This document shows, one piece after another, positions 1 to 12,797 of a stretch of DNA of 64,000 nt. Location of the stretch: NCBI GenBank assembly GCA_963821525.1, contig CAWGED010000005.1, positions 32,001-96,000 on the forward strand. The letters run 5' to 3'. Origin of the DNA: an uncultured Gemmatimonadales bacterium (GTDB lineage: Bacteria; Gemmatimonadota; Gemmatimonadetes; Gemmatimonadales; GWC2-71-9). The notes under the pieces are model-generated. The model saw only the letters and a list, made by a program, of their open reading frames with translations. It did not search any database and was not told the origin of the DNA. Position 1 is the stretch's first letter; every line of letters starts with the position of its first letter. Made by a program: the position numbers and the translations under genes.

Positions 1-1602
1 GGAAGTTTGTCGATTACCCAGGCGCCCGCTTTCAGGAAGCGCTGTGCGTGCTTAGTTTTCTCTACGCCACGGATCTGTCGGCAAGCCCCTATTTTCACAA
101 CCGGCGGCTGCTCGAATGGATCGACCTCGGGCTGCTCTACTGGTGCTCGATACAGTACACCGACGGCAGCTTCGACGAAGCCTACCCTTACGAACGTTCT
201 TTAGCCGCGGTCTCTTTCACCTGCTTTTATGTGGGAGAGGCGATACGCTTCCTGGTAGGCGATTGCCCGCCGGCCACGCTTGAGCGCGGGTCCGCCGCGC
301 CATGCGGCGGGCCGGCAACTGGTCACCCGCAACGACGAAACGCACGGCTTCCTCTCTAACCACCTGGCGGCCGCGGCGGCCGCGCTGCTGCACATACAAC
401 ACCACATCACCGGGGAAGATCGCTTTTATAAACGCAGAGCCGCTATTTTTTGGCCCGCATCCTGGCGCGTCAATCGGAAGAAGGCTGGTATGACGAATAC
501 AGCAGCGGCCGGATCCCGGTTACCAGACTCACGGCAGTTTCTATCTGGCCCGTTACTGAGCCAGTTGAACTCTGACACCGACCTCGCCGGTTCGCTCTGC
601 CGCTCCATTGCGCTTCCTCGCCATCTTCGTGCATCCAGATGGCAGTATCGGCGGCGAGTATGCCAGCCGCAATACCCAGACCTATTACCCGGCCGCGTTC
701 GAGATGCTTCAGCCGGCCGTGATGAAACCTCATCGTGGATCGCGGAAACCATGCGAGGCTCTTTATCGCCAGCGCGGCGGCGGCGGGCCTGCGCTCGGTG
801 GGAATGCCTATAACTATTTCCCGTTCCTCAACAACATGGTGTTCGCGTACCTTGCGTGTGCACAAAACGGCGGCGGTCATTCAGCCGCCGCGCGGAAACC
901 TGAAGCTGCTGCGGAGCGGGGTGAGTGTGGTTTCCGAAGGCGGGCATCGCGCGCATCCGCAAGCCAGCCTTTACGACGCGTACGTGGGCACCGCGAAGGG
1001 CGGGATAGTGAAAGTCTTCGACCGCACGCAGAAGCGGGGCCGCGGTGTACAGTGACTGCGGCTATATCGGCCGCTTGAGAGAGCGGGGGCGCGGGTTCTC
1101 GAATCAAAGCCACGATCCGAATCGCCCGGTCACCGTGACCATCAAGGAAATTACACTGGGCGGCGGGGGTTTTACAACGATCTCGCGGCCCACCATGAAG
1201 CCCATGCGCTTCGTCGCCTTCCGCCTGTTTACGCTGACTGCAAACAACGGCTGCCGTACCTGGAGCGCAACGGCTCAAGGCGCTGCTGGTGAAGGTATTG
1301 ATCTATGGCCGCAAGCCGCTGGACCTGAGAATTTCGTCGAACCATCCGGTTCGATGAAAACAGAACGTCAACACGTGCTCGACAAGATCCAAGGCGGCGC
1401 CGGCAATCTAGGTGAGAAAACCTCCGTCGAGTGGGGAAGTCTTCACCACGATCCATATGGGTTCGTCGCAATACTTTATCCCCAACGAACTGGAACGAAT
1501 GAATCCTGGAGAGGATGCCCCGATCAATCCACGGGACCTCGGGACCGCGGGAGTGACGTTGGAACGCAGCGTCAGTGTGGTCAGCGGGAGAATTACGCCT
1601 GA
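1..1602 (+). CDS. Conserved hypothetical protein of polysaccharide loci, possibly an alpha/alpha-toroid fold; 5' end outside window, frameshifted
   Basis: Protein-like segments continue across ORFs 48..359, 280..813, 608..1078, 1045..1602 ([53 protein letters not shown]); TGA at 1600-1602 immediately before the asnB ATG. Confidence 0.6.
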
Positions 1603-1603
1603 C

Positions 1604-3493
1604 ATGTGCGGGATCTGCGGTTTCGCCGGAATTCGAGAAGACGGTCTGCTGCGAGCGCATGACCGACCGCGCTCGCCACCGCGGTCCGGACGTGTCCGGG
1701 CCTTCCAGTGCCGACGACGTCGGGCTGGGCATCGCCGCCTCAGCATCATCGACGTCGCCGGCGGCCCCCAGCCGATCGACAACGAGGACGGCTCGCTCGT
1801 CCTCATCGTCAACGGCGAAATCTACAACTACCGGAGCTCCGCGAAGAGCTGTCGCGACCGCGGCCACCGGTTCCGGACGCACTCGGACACCGAAGTCGAT
1901 CCTGCACCTGTACGAAGAGCTCGGGCCCGGTGCCTGCACGCCTGTCGGCATGTTCGCCCTCGCCATGTACGGGACAAGCGCGCGCCGTTATTTCTGGCGC
2001 GCGATCGCTGGGCATCAAGCCGCTCTACTACTCGACTCGGCGGCCGATTTCTTTCGCCTCCGAGTTCAAGGCGATCCTGCAGATATCGCGGCTTCGAGCC
2101 CACGCTGAATCCGCGCGGCCGTCCACGACTACCTGGCGCTGCGCTACGTGCCCGGCCCCGGCGGCATGTTCCGCGAGCTCCGCAAGCTGCCCGCCGGCCC
2201 ACTACGCCATCGTCGAGGACGGCGAAGGTCAGCCGAGCGCTATTGGCAGCCCGGAGCTCTACGCCGGCCCCTTCAGCGGGCACCGAGAGGAGTACCTGGA
2301 AGGTATGCCGAGCGGTTCGAGCGCAGCGTCCGCCGCCGCATGATCTCCGAGGTGCCGCTCGGCGCCTACCTCAGCGGGGGCCTGGATTCCAGCACCATCG
2401 TGGCGGCGATGTCCAAGCTCACTGGCCAGCCGGTCCGCACGTTCACGGTGGGATTCGACTACGAGCACGACGAACTCGCCGATGCCGGCCGAAACCGCGC
2501 GGCTCGGCTGCCAGCACACTCCGATCGCGTGCCGGACCTCCGACATCGAACTGCTCCCGAAAATCGTCTACCACCTGGACGAACCGGTCGGCGATCCGAT
2601 CGTGATCCCGATGTACCAGCTCGCCCGGGAGGCCAAGAAACAGGTCACCGTGATTCTCGCGGGCGAAGGAGCGGACGAGACCATGGGCGGCTATCTCTTC
2701 CACAAGGCGCTGCTCTGAAGGGCCATCGGCTCGCCCGATCATGCCGCGCTCTCGTCCGCAGCGCCCTGCTCGCCCCCGCTCTGCGGCCACGCCGGCCGCG
2801 TCGTTCAACCTGGCCTTCCACTACCCGGCCGCGCTGGGGTCGCGCGGCAAGCGGAAGGTGCTCGATTTCGTGGGTCTCGTCGAGCCGGACCAGCTTTCGG
2901 GCGTACCGCCATCTGATCTCGCTCTTCGACGGGCGCGACACCGCGCGGTCTGTACACGCGACGATTTCCAGGGCGGAACGGCGCTCGGCCGGCGGCGCCG
3001 CAGCCGGCGGCGGCGAGCGCGCCGTAACTGAACCGCATGATCGCACCTGCAATTCGCCGACTGGCTGCCGGAAGACATCCTCATGAAGCAGGACAAGATG
3101 TCGATGGCGAGCGGCATCGAAGCCCGGGTGCCGTTCCTGGATCACGAACTGGTGGAGTAGTGCTCCGGATCCGCCCGCGCTCAAGATTGCGGCGGCGTGC
3201 ACCAAGTACCTGCTGCGCCGTTACGCCGGGCGCTCGCATCCCGCAATAGCCGGCCGGCGGAAGATGCCGTTCTATGTGCCGATGGAACGGCCTTCGCGGA
3301 CCCGCTTCCGTGATATGGTGGAAGACACGCTCTCCGAGCGAGCGTCCGGGACCGCGGCCTCCTCCGTCCCGAAGCGGTGGCGCGATTGCGGCAGGCGAGG
3401 TCTGGCGAGTTCGTATACGTAAAGCAGGCGTTCAGCCTGATGATGCTGGAATTGTGGTGTCGGATGGCGATAGATCGCCGGGGACGTCCTTAA
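1604..3493 (+). CDS. asnB: Asparagine synthase (glutamine-hydrolysing) family amidotransferase, polysaccharide-locus type; frameshifted
   Basis: N-terminal MCGICG (Ntn Cys2), [66 protein letters not shown] at 3491-3493. Confidence 0.9.
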
Positions 3494-3517
3494 CTCGGGC
3501 TTTGTCGGGAGCCAACC

Positions 3518-5266
3518 ATGACCGCGTCCGCCGAACTCGTCAGGGATTCGCTCGCGGGCGCTCCCTTGGCTCGTCGTACTGGCGCTGGTGCTCTACCTCC
3601 CCGGCTTCTGGTGGGGTGCGCCTCAGGCTACCGCCGAAGATCGGATCAAGGCGTGGGCGGTGGATGACGAGACCCCGCTGGGTCCCGCTCGCCGAGGTGC
3701 ACAACATCATCGCTCCCCGACCCGACCGTAACCTGGGCTATCCGTTGCTGTATTCGTTTCTGGTAGTCGGGGTTCAGGCGCCCTACCTGCTTTACCTCAA
3801 GGCGAGTGGAGGGCTCGGTGCGACCGGGGCAGGGTATCCCTTCGGCCTCACGGAACCGGTGGGTGCCCTCCGGATGCTCACCTGGCTTGCGCACCTCCTC
3901 ACTCTCGTGATGGCGGCGGTCGTCATCGCGGCGGCCTATGACACCGCGCGCGTGCTGTGGGGCGAGCGAGCCGCGATCCTCGCGGCAGTTTTCGTCACTT
4001 GCTGCTATCCGATGTTCTACTACTCGCGAACCGGCAATGTCGATGTGCCCATGCTGTGCTTCATGGCGCTCGCCGTCGCCGCCTTCGCGAGGATCCGGGT
4101 GCTCGGCACTCTCGGTCCGGCGCATTGTGGCACTCGGATTGTTCGCCGGCGCCGCCCTCGCGGTGAAAGAGGAAGCCATCGGGGTACTGCTTCCAATGGC
4201 GCTGCTGCTGGTATTGCTGCCGGGTCAGTTCCCGTTCGATGAGAGCAGCATCTCCAAGGGCCGATGGAGGGCACTCGCCTTCGGTCTCGGGGCCTCGGTG
4301 CTGGCGCTCGGTCTCGGCGGCGGGTTCTTCATCGAACCACATCGCTACATCATGCACCTCGAATTTCTTACCGGACGCCTGCACGCCGCGCCCGACGCCG
4401 GCGGGCTCATTCCGTTCGCCTTCCCCTACACGCTAGACGGCAACCTGACTTATGCGAGGCAGATCGTTGGCTACCTGGCTGACACGCTGACCGGCCCTGG
4501 CCTTCTGCTGGCCCTCGGCGGGTTGATCTGGGCGGTGCGGCGAGATCCGCCGAGCCGCGTCGTTGCCTGCCTGGTACTGGGCTATCTCGGATTCATCTTT
4601 GTCGTGCTCCGTTCCGGCCAGCTTCGGTACGTGCTGCCTGCCGGGTTTCTGCTGGCGCTGTTTGGCGGGTACGCCACGTCACTGATCTGGCAATCGAAAC
4701 AGGTCGCGGTGCGGGCATCGCTCGCGATCCTGGCGGTCGTGGCTCTCGGATTGAACCTTCTCCGGGGGATCGACCTCACCTACGCGATGATGCGCGATTC
4801 ACGCTGGGAAGCGGCCGCCTGGCTCGCGGAGCGAACCAAACCTGGTGATCACATCGACTATTTCGGCGCGTCTCAGAAGTTGCCGCCACTCGAAACCGGC
4901 GTCGTGACCGATCGCGCGACCGAGTATTTCGGACTGTTCTACGCGCACCGAATTGATCCCGCAAAGGTCGAAGAGGTTCTGAAGCGATGGCATGACCGCA
5001 ATCCCAAATTCGTCATCGTCATGCCCGATCACACCAGCCGGCCTGGGGCGCCGTTCGACGTCTCGCTACCTCCTTCACTGTACGACGATCTGGTTGCCGG
5101 TCGCCGCGGCTGGAAGCTCGAGGCAATGTTTGAAACCCCTCCGTTGCTTCCTTGGGTAAAGCGACCGCCGCTCGATTACCCCATGGTCAACCCTCCCATT
5201 CGGATATTTGGTCCTAGCTCAGAGCTGTGGCGGAGGCGCTTCAAGTGTGGCATCAAAGCAGCATAA
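3518..5266 (+). CDS. GT-C fold membrane glycosyltransferase (ArnT/PMT GT39-like); frameshifted
   Basis: ATG 3518 after GGGAG; early luminal W-A-V-D-D-E motif, many hydrophobic helices, YYSRTGNVDVP, LAVKE, LRYVLP. Confidence 0.7.
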
Positions 5267-5368
5267 TTACTGGACTCCTCGACTGGGTGGGTACTTGCGA
5301 AGCCTTGGGCGGGGCATGGCTTCTGCCTTCGGGGTGTCCAGCTTTCGTTCGTTTCGCCGTCCAGGCGA

Positions 5369-6614
5369 ATGTCGAAACTTCCCCATGCGATTGGCCCGCG
5401 ACCTATGGGCGTAGGGATGCGAGAAGGGCTGCGTCATTCGAGGTTGGAAGACGTTGCGGCGACCTATGAGCGATCTCTTGCCGAGGCGGCGGGCGGCGGC
5501 GAGGCCGTAGCCTTTGCCTACGCGCGGACTGCGCTCCAGGCGATTCTCACGGCCGAGGAAATCGGGGCGGGCGATGAAGTCGTTCTGTCGCCGCTGACCT
5601 GCAAGGTGATTCCGCTCGCCCTCCTCGCGCTGGGCATCCGCCCGGTGTTTGCGGACATCGCGGCCCGGCGCATTGAATCTCGACCCCGAGAAGGCCGAGG
5701 CTGCGATAAGTCCCCGCACCAGGGCGATCCTCTTCCAGCATACCTACGGGACCAGCCACGGTGGCCGTCGAGGCCGCCGAGCTTGCCTGCTCGTCGCGGT
5801 CTGATTCTGATCGAGGACTGCGCCCAGAATCTGCCTTGGTGGGTAGTCAACCCACCGTCCCGGACAGTTCGGGAAGGCGGCAATCTTCAGTACCAACCTC
5901 CGAAAGCCCTTGCCGGCCGGCAGCGGTGGTGCGGCCGTAACCCGGGACCCGGTTTTAGCCGCTTCGCTGAGGGCCTATCGAGATCGCCTCCCCTCTCCGT
6001 CCGCCATCCGGCGAGCGTCTGTTGCGCCTCGAATCATGGGTTCACGCGCAAGTGCTTCGACCGGCATTGTACTGGCCTCTGTTTGAGCTCGCCCGCTCTC
6101 TCCGTTCCGGATACCGTGAAGCGGGAGTCGCCGAGGAAGTCGCCTCGGAGATCACGGCGGTCTCGTTTCGTCCGAGCCCCTTTCAGATCCTCGAGGGGAT
6201 GTCCCCCACTGGCTGGGTCTCCTGCCTGAGCTGGCCGCTCGCCGAAGCGAGCACGCAACGGCCTACGGCGAGGCGATGCGCAGCATGGGACGGGAGCAGA
6301 AACCATCCCCGGCCGCCGGCAATCAGCCGCTCTACTACTTTCCAGTACTGGTGGACGACAAGCGCTGCTCTGCTTCCGGGCTGCGAAACTGCGGTGTATC
6401 GAGATCGCCGCATGGCCGATCTGGACGCCCATCTTCCCGGTGGAACAAGCAGGCCGCCCCTCGAGACCTACGGTTATGTCCTCTCGGAAGCTGCCCCCTC
6501 GCCGAGCAGACGGCCCACCGACTAGTGGGATTGCCGACCGACCACCTCACCAAGGCTCGACATCGTCAGGCCGTCATCGACCTGCTGCGATCCCAGCTGC
6601 GGCGGGGACTGTGA
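5369..6614 (+). CDS. DegT/DnrJ/EryC1/StrS family PLP-dependent sugar aminotransferase; frameshifted
   Basis: YARTAL, GDEVVLSPLTC, PVFADI, LIEDCAQ, IFSTNLRKPLPAGSGG (PLP Lys region), CPLAEQTAHRLVGLPT. Confidence 0.8.
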
Positions 6615-7539
6615 CCAGCCCGGCCCGCCCACCCGCCGTTGTACACGTGGACCTCGATGGCTACTCAGCCATCTGTGCCGCCCACGGCTGGTCGATGCCC
6701 GCCGGGGCCTCGACCACCTGTTCCTGAGTGGTCTCGGCAATGCGCTCGAGGCATTGGCCCAGGCCCGGCTTAACGCGACCCTGTTCGTGATCGCCCAGGA
6801 CCTCGCCGACCCGGCCAAGCTCGCCCTGCTGCGAAAGGCGGTGGGAGCAGGGACACGAGATCGCGTCGCACACGATCTCCCACCGTCGCCTGACCTTATC
6901 TCTCGACTCGGGAAAAGGCCATGGAAATCGGCGGCAGTCGCGAGCGGATCGGAGCCAGGTCTGGGGGTTCCCGTGCTTGGCTTCCGCGCTCCAGCGTTCG
7001 ACCTGGACCGCGAGGGACTCGATCTGGTGGCTCAAGCGGGATATCGCTACGACTCGTCGCTCTTTCCCAACGCCCGCTCGGCCCGGAGGATTTCAGGTTA
7101 AACGGGTATCGGAGTGGCCCCACCGACTGTTGCCCACCCGGGAACTCCTGGAGCTGCCACTGCCGGGTTTCGCCCCGCTTCCGCTTCCATACCACCCTTG
7201 TTACAGTCTCGTTCTTGGCACTTGGTACTTCCGGAACGGTCTGCAGCGCAGTGCCCGAATAGGGGCGCCGCTGGTGCTGCTGTTTCATCTAACGGACTTC
7301 GCCGATCCCTTACCTGCCGAAGGGTTTCTGGATGGAAGCGGCGGTTCTTCACTCTGTCCTACCTGAGCGCCGCGGAAAAGAGGAAGCGGTGCGGAGTCAT
7401 GCTGGCCGAAGTGACCAACCGCTATCAGGTCGGGCGGACCGCGGAGTTGCTGGAAGTATTCCGAGGCGGCCAGCCAGTAATGCAGGGTAGACGATTTTCC
7501 GATCGCCAATCGCGCGTTCTCCGGCCAGAGAGGTTGTGA
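6611..7539 (+). CDS. Polysaccharide deacetylase (NodB/CE4-like); frameshifted
   Basis: GTGA overlap with upstream gene; VHVDLD, ATLFVI, GFRAPAF, GYRYDSSLFP, LLELP, LLFHLTDF. Confidence 0.8.
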
Positions 7540-8561
7540 TGGACGTTTCGGTGGTGTGCCCGTTCTACAACGAGGCGGGGATCCTCGAGGCGTCAGTGCG
7601 AGGCCTGCTGGCGCAGCTCGAGCTGCTGCCGCACGACTGGGAACTGATCATCGTCGATGACGGCTCTTCCGATGGTTCCGGCGCGCTCGCGAAGAGCCTC
7701 ACGCCGTTGAGTCCGCGGCTGAGGGTACTGGGTTATCGTACCAACCGGGGCAGGGGTCACGCGCTACGAACCGGCATCGCGGCGGCCCGGGGCGACACGA
7801 TCGTTACCACGGAGATCGACCTTTCCTGGGGCGATACCATCGTACACGAGCTGGTGGCCGAGATGCTCCGCCATCCCGAGACCGATATGGTGGTGGCGAG
7901 CCCCCACCTCCCCGGAGGCGGGTATCGGAACGTTCCGTTCAAGCGGGTCCTCCTGAGCCGGGTCGGCAACATGATCATCCGGGCTTGCCTATCGCGGGCC
8001 CCGACCATGAACACCGGAATGACCCGAGCGTACCGCCGCGAGCTGATTCAGTCGCTGCCGCTCAGCGAAGATGGCAAGGAGTTCCATCTCGAGGTGATCC
8101 TCAAGGCGACCACGTTCGGCGCCCGGCTTCGGGAAATCCCCGCCATGCTCGAGTGGAAGGAGTACAAACACCAGGGCCAGCGGGTGAAGAGGAAAAGCTC
8201 TTCGCGGGTCAGGCTGTTGATCGTGACCCATAGTCTGTTCAGCTTGTTCGCCGATCCTATCCGCTATGTTTGGGCTATGAGCCTCGCCAGCTTATTCATC
8301 GGGGGAGTCGCCCTGATTTGGGCGGTCATCGACTATGTACGGCACGCAGTGTCGATCTACATGGCCTTGCTGAGCGTTTCGATGGTGATCCTGGGCATTG
8401 TGCTGTTTGTCATGGGCGTGGTTCTCCAGCAGGGCAACATTATTCAGCGCGAGCTCTGGTCGATCCAGCGGCTCATGATCAGGGCCGGCAATGACAAGCG
8501 GCCTTCGGACCTTATTTCCGGCCGGATCATCTCGGCTGAGCCCACGAGTGTGGAACTGTAG
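7536..8561 (+). CDS. Glycosyltransferase family 2, polyprenol-phosphate glycosyltransferase (GtrB/DPM1-like) with two C-terminal TM helices
   Basis: Intact 341-aa ORF; SVVCPFYNE, IIVDDGSSDG, NRGRGHALRTG, EID in place of DxD, two C-terminal hydrophobic helices. Confidence 0.85.
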   Translation: MMDVSVVCPFYNEAGILEASVRGLLAQLELLPHDWELIIVDDGSSDGSGALAKSLTPLSPRLRVLGYRTNRGRGHALRTGIAAARGDTIVTTEIDLSWGDTIVHELVAEMLRHPETDMVVASPHLPGGGYRNVPFKRVLLSRVGNMIIRACLSRAPTMNTGMTRAYRRELIQSLPLSEDGKEFHLEVILKATTFGARLREIPAMLEWKEYKHQGQRVKRKSSSRVRLLIVTHSLFSLFADPIRYVWAMSLASLFIGGVALIWAVIDYVRHAVSIYMALLSVSMVILGIVLFVMGVVLQQGNIIQRELWSIQRLMIRAGNDKRPSDLISGRIISAEPTSVEL

Positions 8562-8706
8562 ACTAAAGCGATGGGGAATAGCAGCTTACGTATCGAGGCA
8601 AGGGGCGCCAAACGTCATCCCGATTCCCAAAGGGTGCCCTGCGTTACTGTGGGCTGGACGCAGCACAAATAGTGTTTTTCTAGGTCAGATGATGGATCTC
8701 CTTTGA

Positions 8707-8722
8707 TGGCACGGGGATTGCC
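8707..8722 (+). promoter_or_regulatory. sigma54 (-24/-12) promoter
   Basis: TGGCAC-GGGGA-TTGC matches TGGCAC-N5-TTGC exactly, in the intergenic region ahead of the mini-protein and sulfatase-like array. Confidence 0.8.
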
Positions 8723-8894
8723 AACCAAACTTGCCTCAACCCGGCGCTTGCAGAGCCGCAGCCGGCGAGGTTGGGTAACTAACGCGGTAGTCCTCAGCGG
8801 CCCGGCCGGCGTCGTTCCGACGCCAGGTCATGAATAGGTCTCCGGACAGGCCTTCTGTCTGGAATTCGCACGAAAGGGTTCGGCTTCCGTGACG

Positions 8895-9052
8895 ATGCAT
8901 CGACTCGGCTTCAGCCTTGTTCTCTACGTCGGTCCCGATCAGATCCTTCCGCTGACCTCCATCCTCGGCGCGTCGGCGGCGCGCTCATGATTTTCTGGCG
9001 CCAGGTTGTGGGTCTCTTCCGGCGAATTCGCTCCGTCTTCGTTCGGGAATAG
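8895..9052 (+). CDS. Small (~52 aa) single-pass membrane protein, one apparent 1-nt deletion; not in ORF track
   Basis: ATG 8895 gives MHRLGFSLVLYVGPDQILPLTSILGA; restoring one base near 8972 continues xGGALMIFWRQVVGLFRRIRSVFVRE* (TAG 9050-9052); span is 158 nt, i.e. one short of in-frame; hydrophobic helix followed by Arg-rich tail. Confidence 0.65.
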
Positions 9053-9122
9053 CGGTCAGCATTGGCAGTGCGGGCCTCTGCGGCATGCGGAGGGGGTCCG
9101 CAGTGCGCTATAATCCCGTCTA

Positions 9123-10984
9123 ATGTCCCTCCCCAAGCCGGATCTCGCGCGGCCACCCCAGGAACCTCCCGACTGGAGATTCCGCTGGTTCATCATGGCC
9201 GCCGTGTCCCTGGCGCTCGCTTGTGGACTCTGGAAGCCTTGGCTTCCCTCCTACTGGGGACTCGCCAAGGAATCTTGAGCTGGAAGACGGGAAATTCGGT
9301 GAAGGTCCTGATAGCGGCTCCAGCCGTTTATCTCCTGGTCTTCCTTCCTGCCGCCATTCTCTTCGCCCTGCTCGACCGAGCGCTGAAGCAACGCTGGGCG
9401 GACGTCGCCATGATCTTCAGCTTCATCTCGCTGCTCGGCATTTCCGTCACCACTCTGATGCGTCCATGGTTTTCCGCCGGCACTTCTGTGCTGCTGGGGT
9501 TGGGCATGGCATCGGTGGCCCTCCGGATCTACGCCTCCAATCGCACCCGGTGGGGCTTTGCCCTGGTGAGAAGTGCGCCGTGGCTCGTGGCCGCGGCGAT
9601 GCTGATCGGAGTGATTGGCACCGGGTCCACGGGAATCGCCGAGCGGCTCGCGATCGCGCGCCTGCCCGCGGTCCCGGCTTCAGCGCCCAACGTGTTGCTG
9701 ATCGTGATGGATACCCAGCGCGCCGACCACCTCACCGCGTATGGATACTCCCGAGCCACCACTCCTCGGCTGGGGCGTCTCGCCGACGAGGGGGTCAGAT
9801 TCACATGGGCCACTTCGCCTGCCGTTACGACGCTGCCGTCTCATTCCAGCATGATGACGGGACAACTGGTCGGTGAACACGGCGCCGGGGTGAACAGCCG
9901 GCTGTTCCTCGATCGCCGGTTTCCTACCCTCGCCGAACAGATGCGGGTCCGGATACCTGACCGGGGGGTTCGTGGCCAATACGTATTGGACCGGACGTCA
10001 TACCGGGCTTAACCGGGGATTCATTCACTACGAGGACTTCTACGGGGGCCTGATGATGGGTTCACCCGGACCGTGATGGGCCGCGCCATCGCCTATCAGG
10101 TCTTTCCGATGATCGGACAGGTCGATATTCCGGGTCGCAACGCGCGGAAGATGTGAACCGCGAGCTACTCGGCTGGCTCGACCGTCACAGCGGTCGGCCC
10201 TTTTTCGCGTTTCTCAACTATTTCGACGTTCACGCCCCATATCGTCCTCCGCCCGGCTGGGCGGGCCGGTTCTCTTCCCAGGGCGACTCGGTCGCCCGCA
10301 CTCGAAAGATCGAGATCGGCGCGTGGAACGAAGGAACGGTACCGGATTCGGCCGTGCTGGCGGCCTGGCGGACTGTTACGACGAATCGCTGCTCTACCTT
10401 GACCATCAGATCGGTGTCTTACTCGACAGTCTTGCGGCGCGGCACCTGCTGGAGCACACCATCGTGATTGTGACCGGTGATCACGGCGAGAGCTTCGGGA
10501 GCACGGCACGGTGCACCACGGCGCCACGCTGTATCTCGAGCAGATCCGAGTCCCCCTAATTCTCTGGGGACCGGGCCGCATTCCCGCCGGGAGAAAAGTG
10601 GATCGCGCGGTCGATCTGCGCGCGATTCCCGCTACGGTGCTGGAGGTGGCTGGTCTGCCGGCAGCGGGGTTCCCCAGACGGTCGCTTCTCACCTACCTGG
10701 ATCCGGCCGATTCACCGCCGAGCCGGCCCTCTCCGAGGGTCCTCGCGTCCCGGGCAATCCTCCTACCTGGCAGACGGGAAAAGGATGGGTGAAATCGGTC
10801 GCGACTCAGCGCTGGCACCTGATCGAGTTTGAGTCGGGCAATCGTGAGCTGTACGATCTCCAGGCCGATCCGGCAGAGTTGCGAGACCTGGCAGCAGTCC
10901 CCGAGTTGCGGGACACACTGACGGTGCTGGAGCGGGGACTCCCCGGTCCCTTGGGTGCCAGATCGTTCCAGGAGTCCCCGGTGA
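9123..10984 (+). CDS. Membrane-anchored sulfatase-like hydrolase/transferase, copy 1; frameshifted
   Basis: N-terminal TM region; PNVLLIVMDTQRADHL; SPAVTTLPSHSSMMTG; RPFFAFLNYFDVHAPY; VTGDHGESFG; ELYDLQADPAE. Confidence 0.85.
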
Positions 10985-12797
10985 CCGAGCCCCCGGTCCG
11001 CTTCACCGGGTTCCGGTTGGTCGGGTTCGCCTTCGCGATCGGCCTGCTCTTCGGGTTCATCGAGGCCGGCCAGGCCGCGCTTTGATTCCTGGTTTTCTGC
11101 GCTCTCGACTGGCGCACGGCGACCGGCTATCCGGTACTGTGGGTCGGTCCCCTGTTTTATGGCGCCGCTTTCGCAGTGTGTGGGGCGCTCGCCGCCCTGG
11201 GCGCACTGGTGCTGCCCCGCGTGCCATGGGACATTCTCCTCCGGCCGGGACTCGCGCTGCTCGGCGGTTGGCTCGCCGTTGAGCTTCACCCCGTCCTGTT
11301 CAGTCAAATCACTTCGGCATTGATAGGTATCGGCCTCGCAGTGGTTCTTACCCGAGCCTATCGGGCGCGGAGAGAGCGCTGGTTCCTCGGGCGCTCAGTA
11401 TCCTGCCGCTCCTGATCGTTCTCGTGACCTGGCCGCGGCCGGCGCGTGGCTCGCGACGATACTGCACGAGCGCTCCCGTCTCGCGGCGCTCCCTGCCATT
11501 TCCGGCGAACGCCCGAACCTGATCCTGTTGGTGATTGACACCCAGCGCGCGGACCATCTCTCGTTTCATGGCTATTCGCGCCCGACCTCGCCCAATCTGG
11601 ATCGTTTTGCCGGACAGGGCTGGACGTTCGACAACGCGACTGCCAGCGCGCCTTGGACTCTGCCCAGTCACGCCACCATGATGACCGGTCACCCGCTGGC
11701 CGACCACCGGGCCGGCGTGGCGAAGCGCCCGTTCCTCGATGACCGGTTCCCCACGATCGCCGAAGCGCTCGGTCATGCCGGCTACGCTACCGGCGGCTTT
11801 GTCGCCAACGTCTTCCGGTGCGGCCGCCGTACCGGCATCGATCGGGGGTTCATACACTACGAGGATTATTTCGGACATCCCGGCGACGCGATCGCCCGCA
11901 CGGTGTTGGGCCGGTGGCTCGCCTACCACGCGCTTCCGGCCCTGGGCCGGCGCGACATTCCCGGCCGCAAGAGTGCCGCCGACGTAAATCGCGAGATGCT
12001 CCAGTGGATCGACGGGCTCAAGGGCCGCCCGTTTTTCGTTTCGCTAACTACCTGGATGTTCACAAACCGTTTCGCCCACCGGCTCCCTACCTCGGCCGGT
12101 TCTCGGGAACTACTCACTTGTCGCGGGCTCCCAGAGAGCCGATGATCGATATCGGAGCCCAGGGCGCCGAGCTCCGGCGGGAGTCTCCGGAGGAGATTCA
12201 GCGGGACATCGACGGCTATGACGAGTCGATTCTCTACCTCGATGCCCAGCTCGGGGAACTGTTCACCGCTCTGGAGCAGCGTGGGTTACTGCAGCGCTCC
12301 CTTGTGATCGTCACCAGCGACCACGGCGAAGCCTTTGGAGACCACGGACTCTTCTCCCATGGCAACAGTCTGTATCGCGATCAGATCCACATCCCTCTGA
12401 TCATGCACTGGCCCGGTCATCTCGACGTCGCGCGCTGGCATCAGCGGTGGGGCTCGATCAGATCGCGCCGACACTGGCGGAAGCGGCCGGACTCACGCAG
12501 GTGACATTCCCCTCACGCTCGCTGTTCGCGCCAGCGGATTCAGCTGCAACTGCGATGTCGCAGGTCGCCGGACGGACTGGGCTGCCGGCGGAGCTCCCGG
12601 TCTCCCGTGGCTGGCTCGCGGCGTTGGTCAACGATCGGTTCCACTACATCCGCTCGCAGGCGGGCACCGCGGAGCTGTTCGACATCACCCGTGATCCCGG
12701 GGAAGAGCACAACCTCGCCTCTGATTCGAGCTTCGCCGGAACCATGAAGGCCCTCGGAGATCGGCTCCACCGCCTCATGCCCAGGCCCATTCAATGA
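10981..12797 (+). CDS. Membrane-anchored sulfatase-like hydrolase/transferase, copy 2; frameshifted
   Basis: GTG 10981; TM region; VIDTQRADHL; SAPWTLPSHATMMTG; TSDHGEAFGDHGLFSHGNSLY; ELFDITRDPGE. Confidence 0.85.

Noticed and set aside
1412..2605. N-terminally extended AsnB
   Set aside because: Ntn amidotransferases need Cys at position 2; true start is ATG 1604 and the extension belongs to the upstream gene
10477..11085. Read-through fusion of sulfatase-like copies 1 and 2
   Set aside because: A GTGA junction like the other junctions is present at 10981; most likely an indel near the end of copy 1
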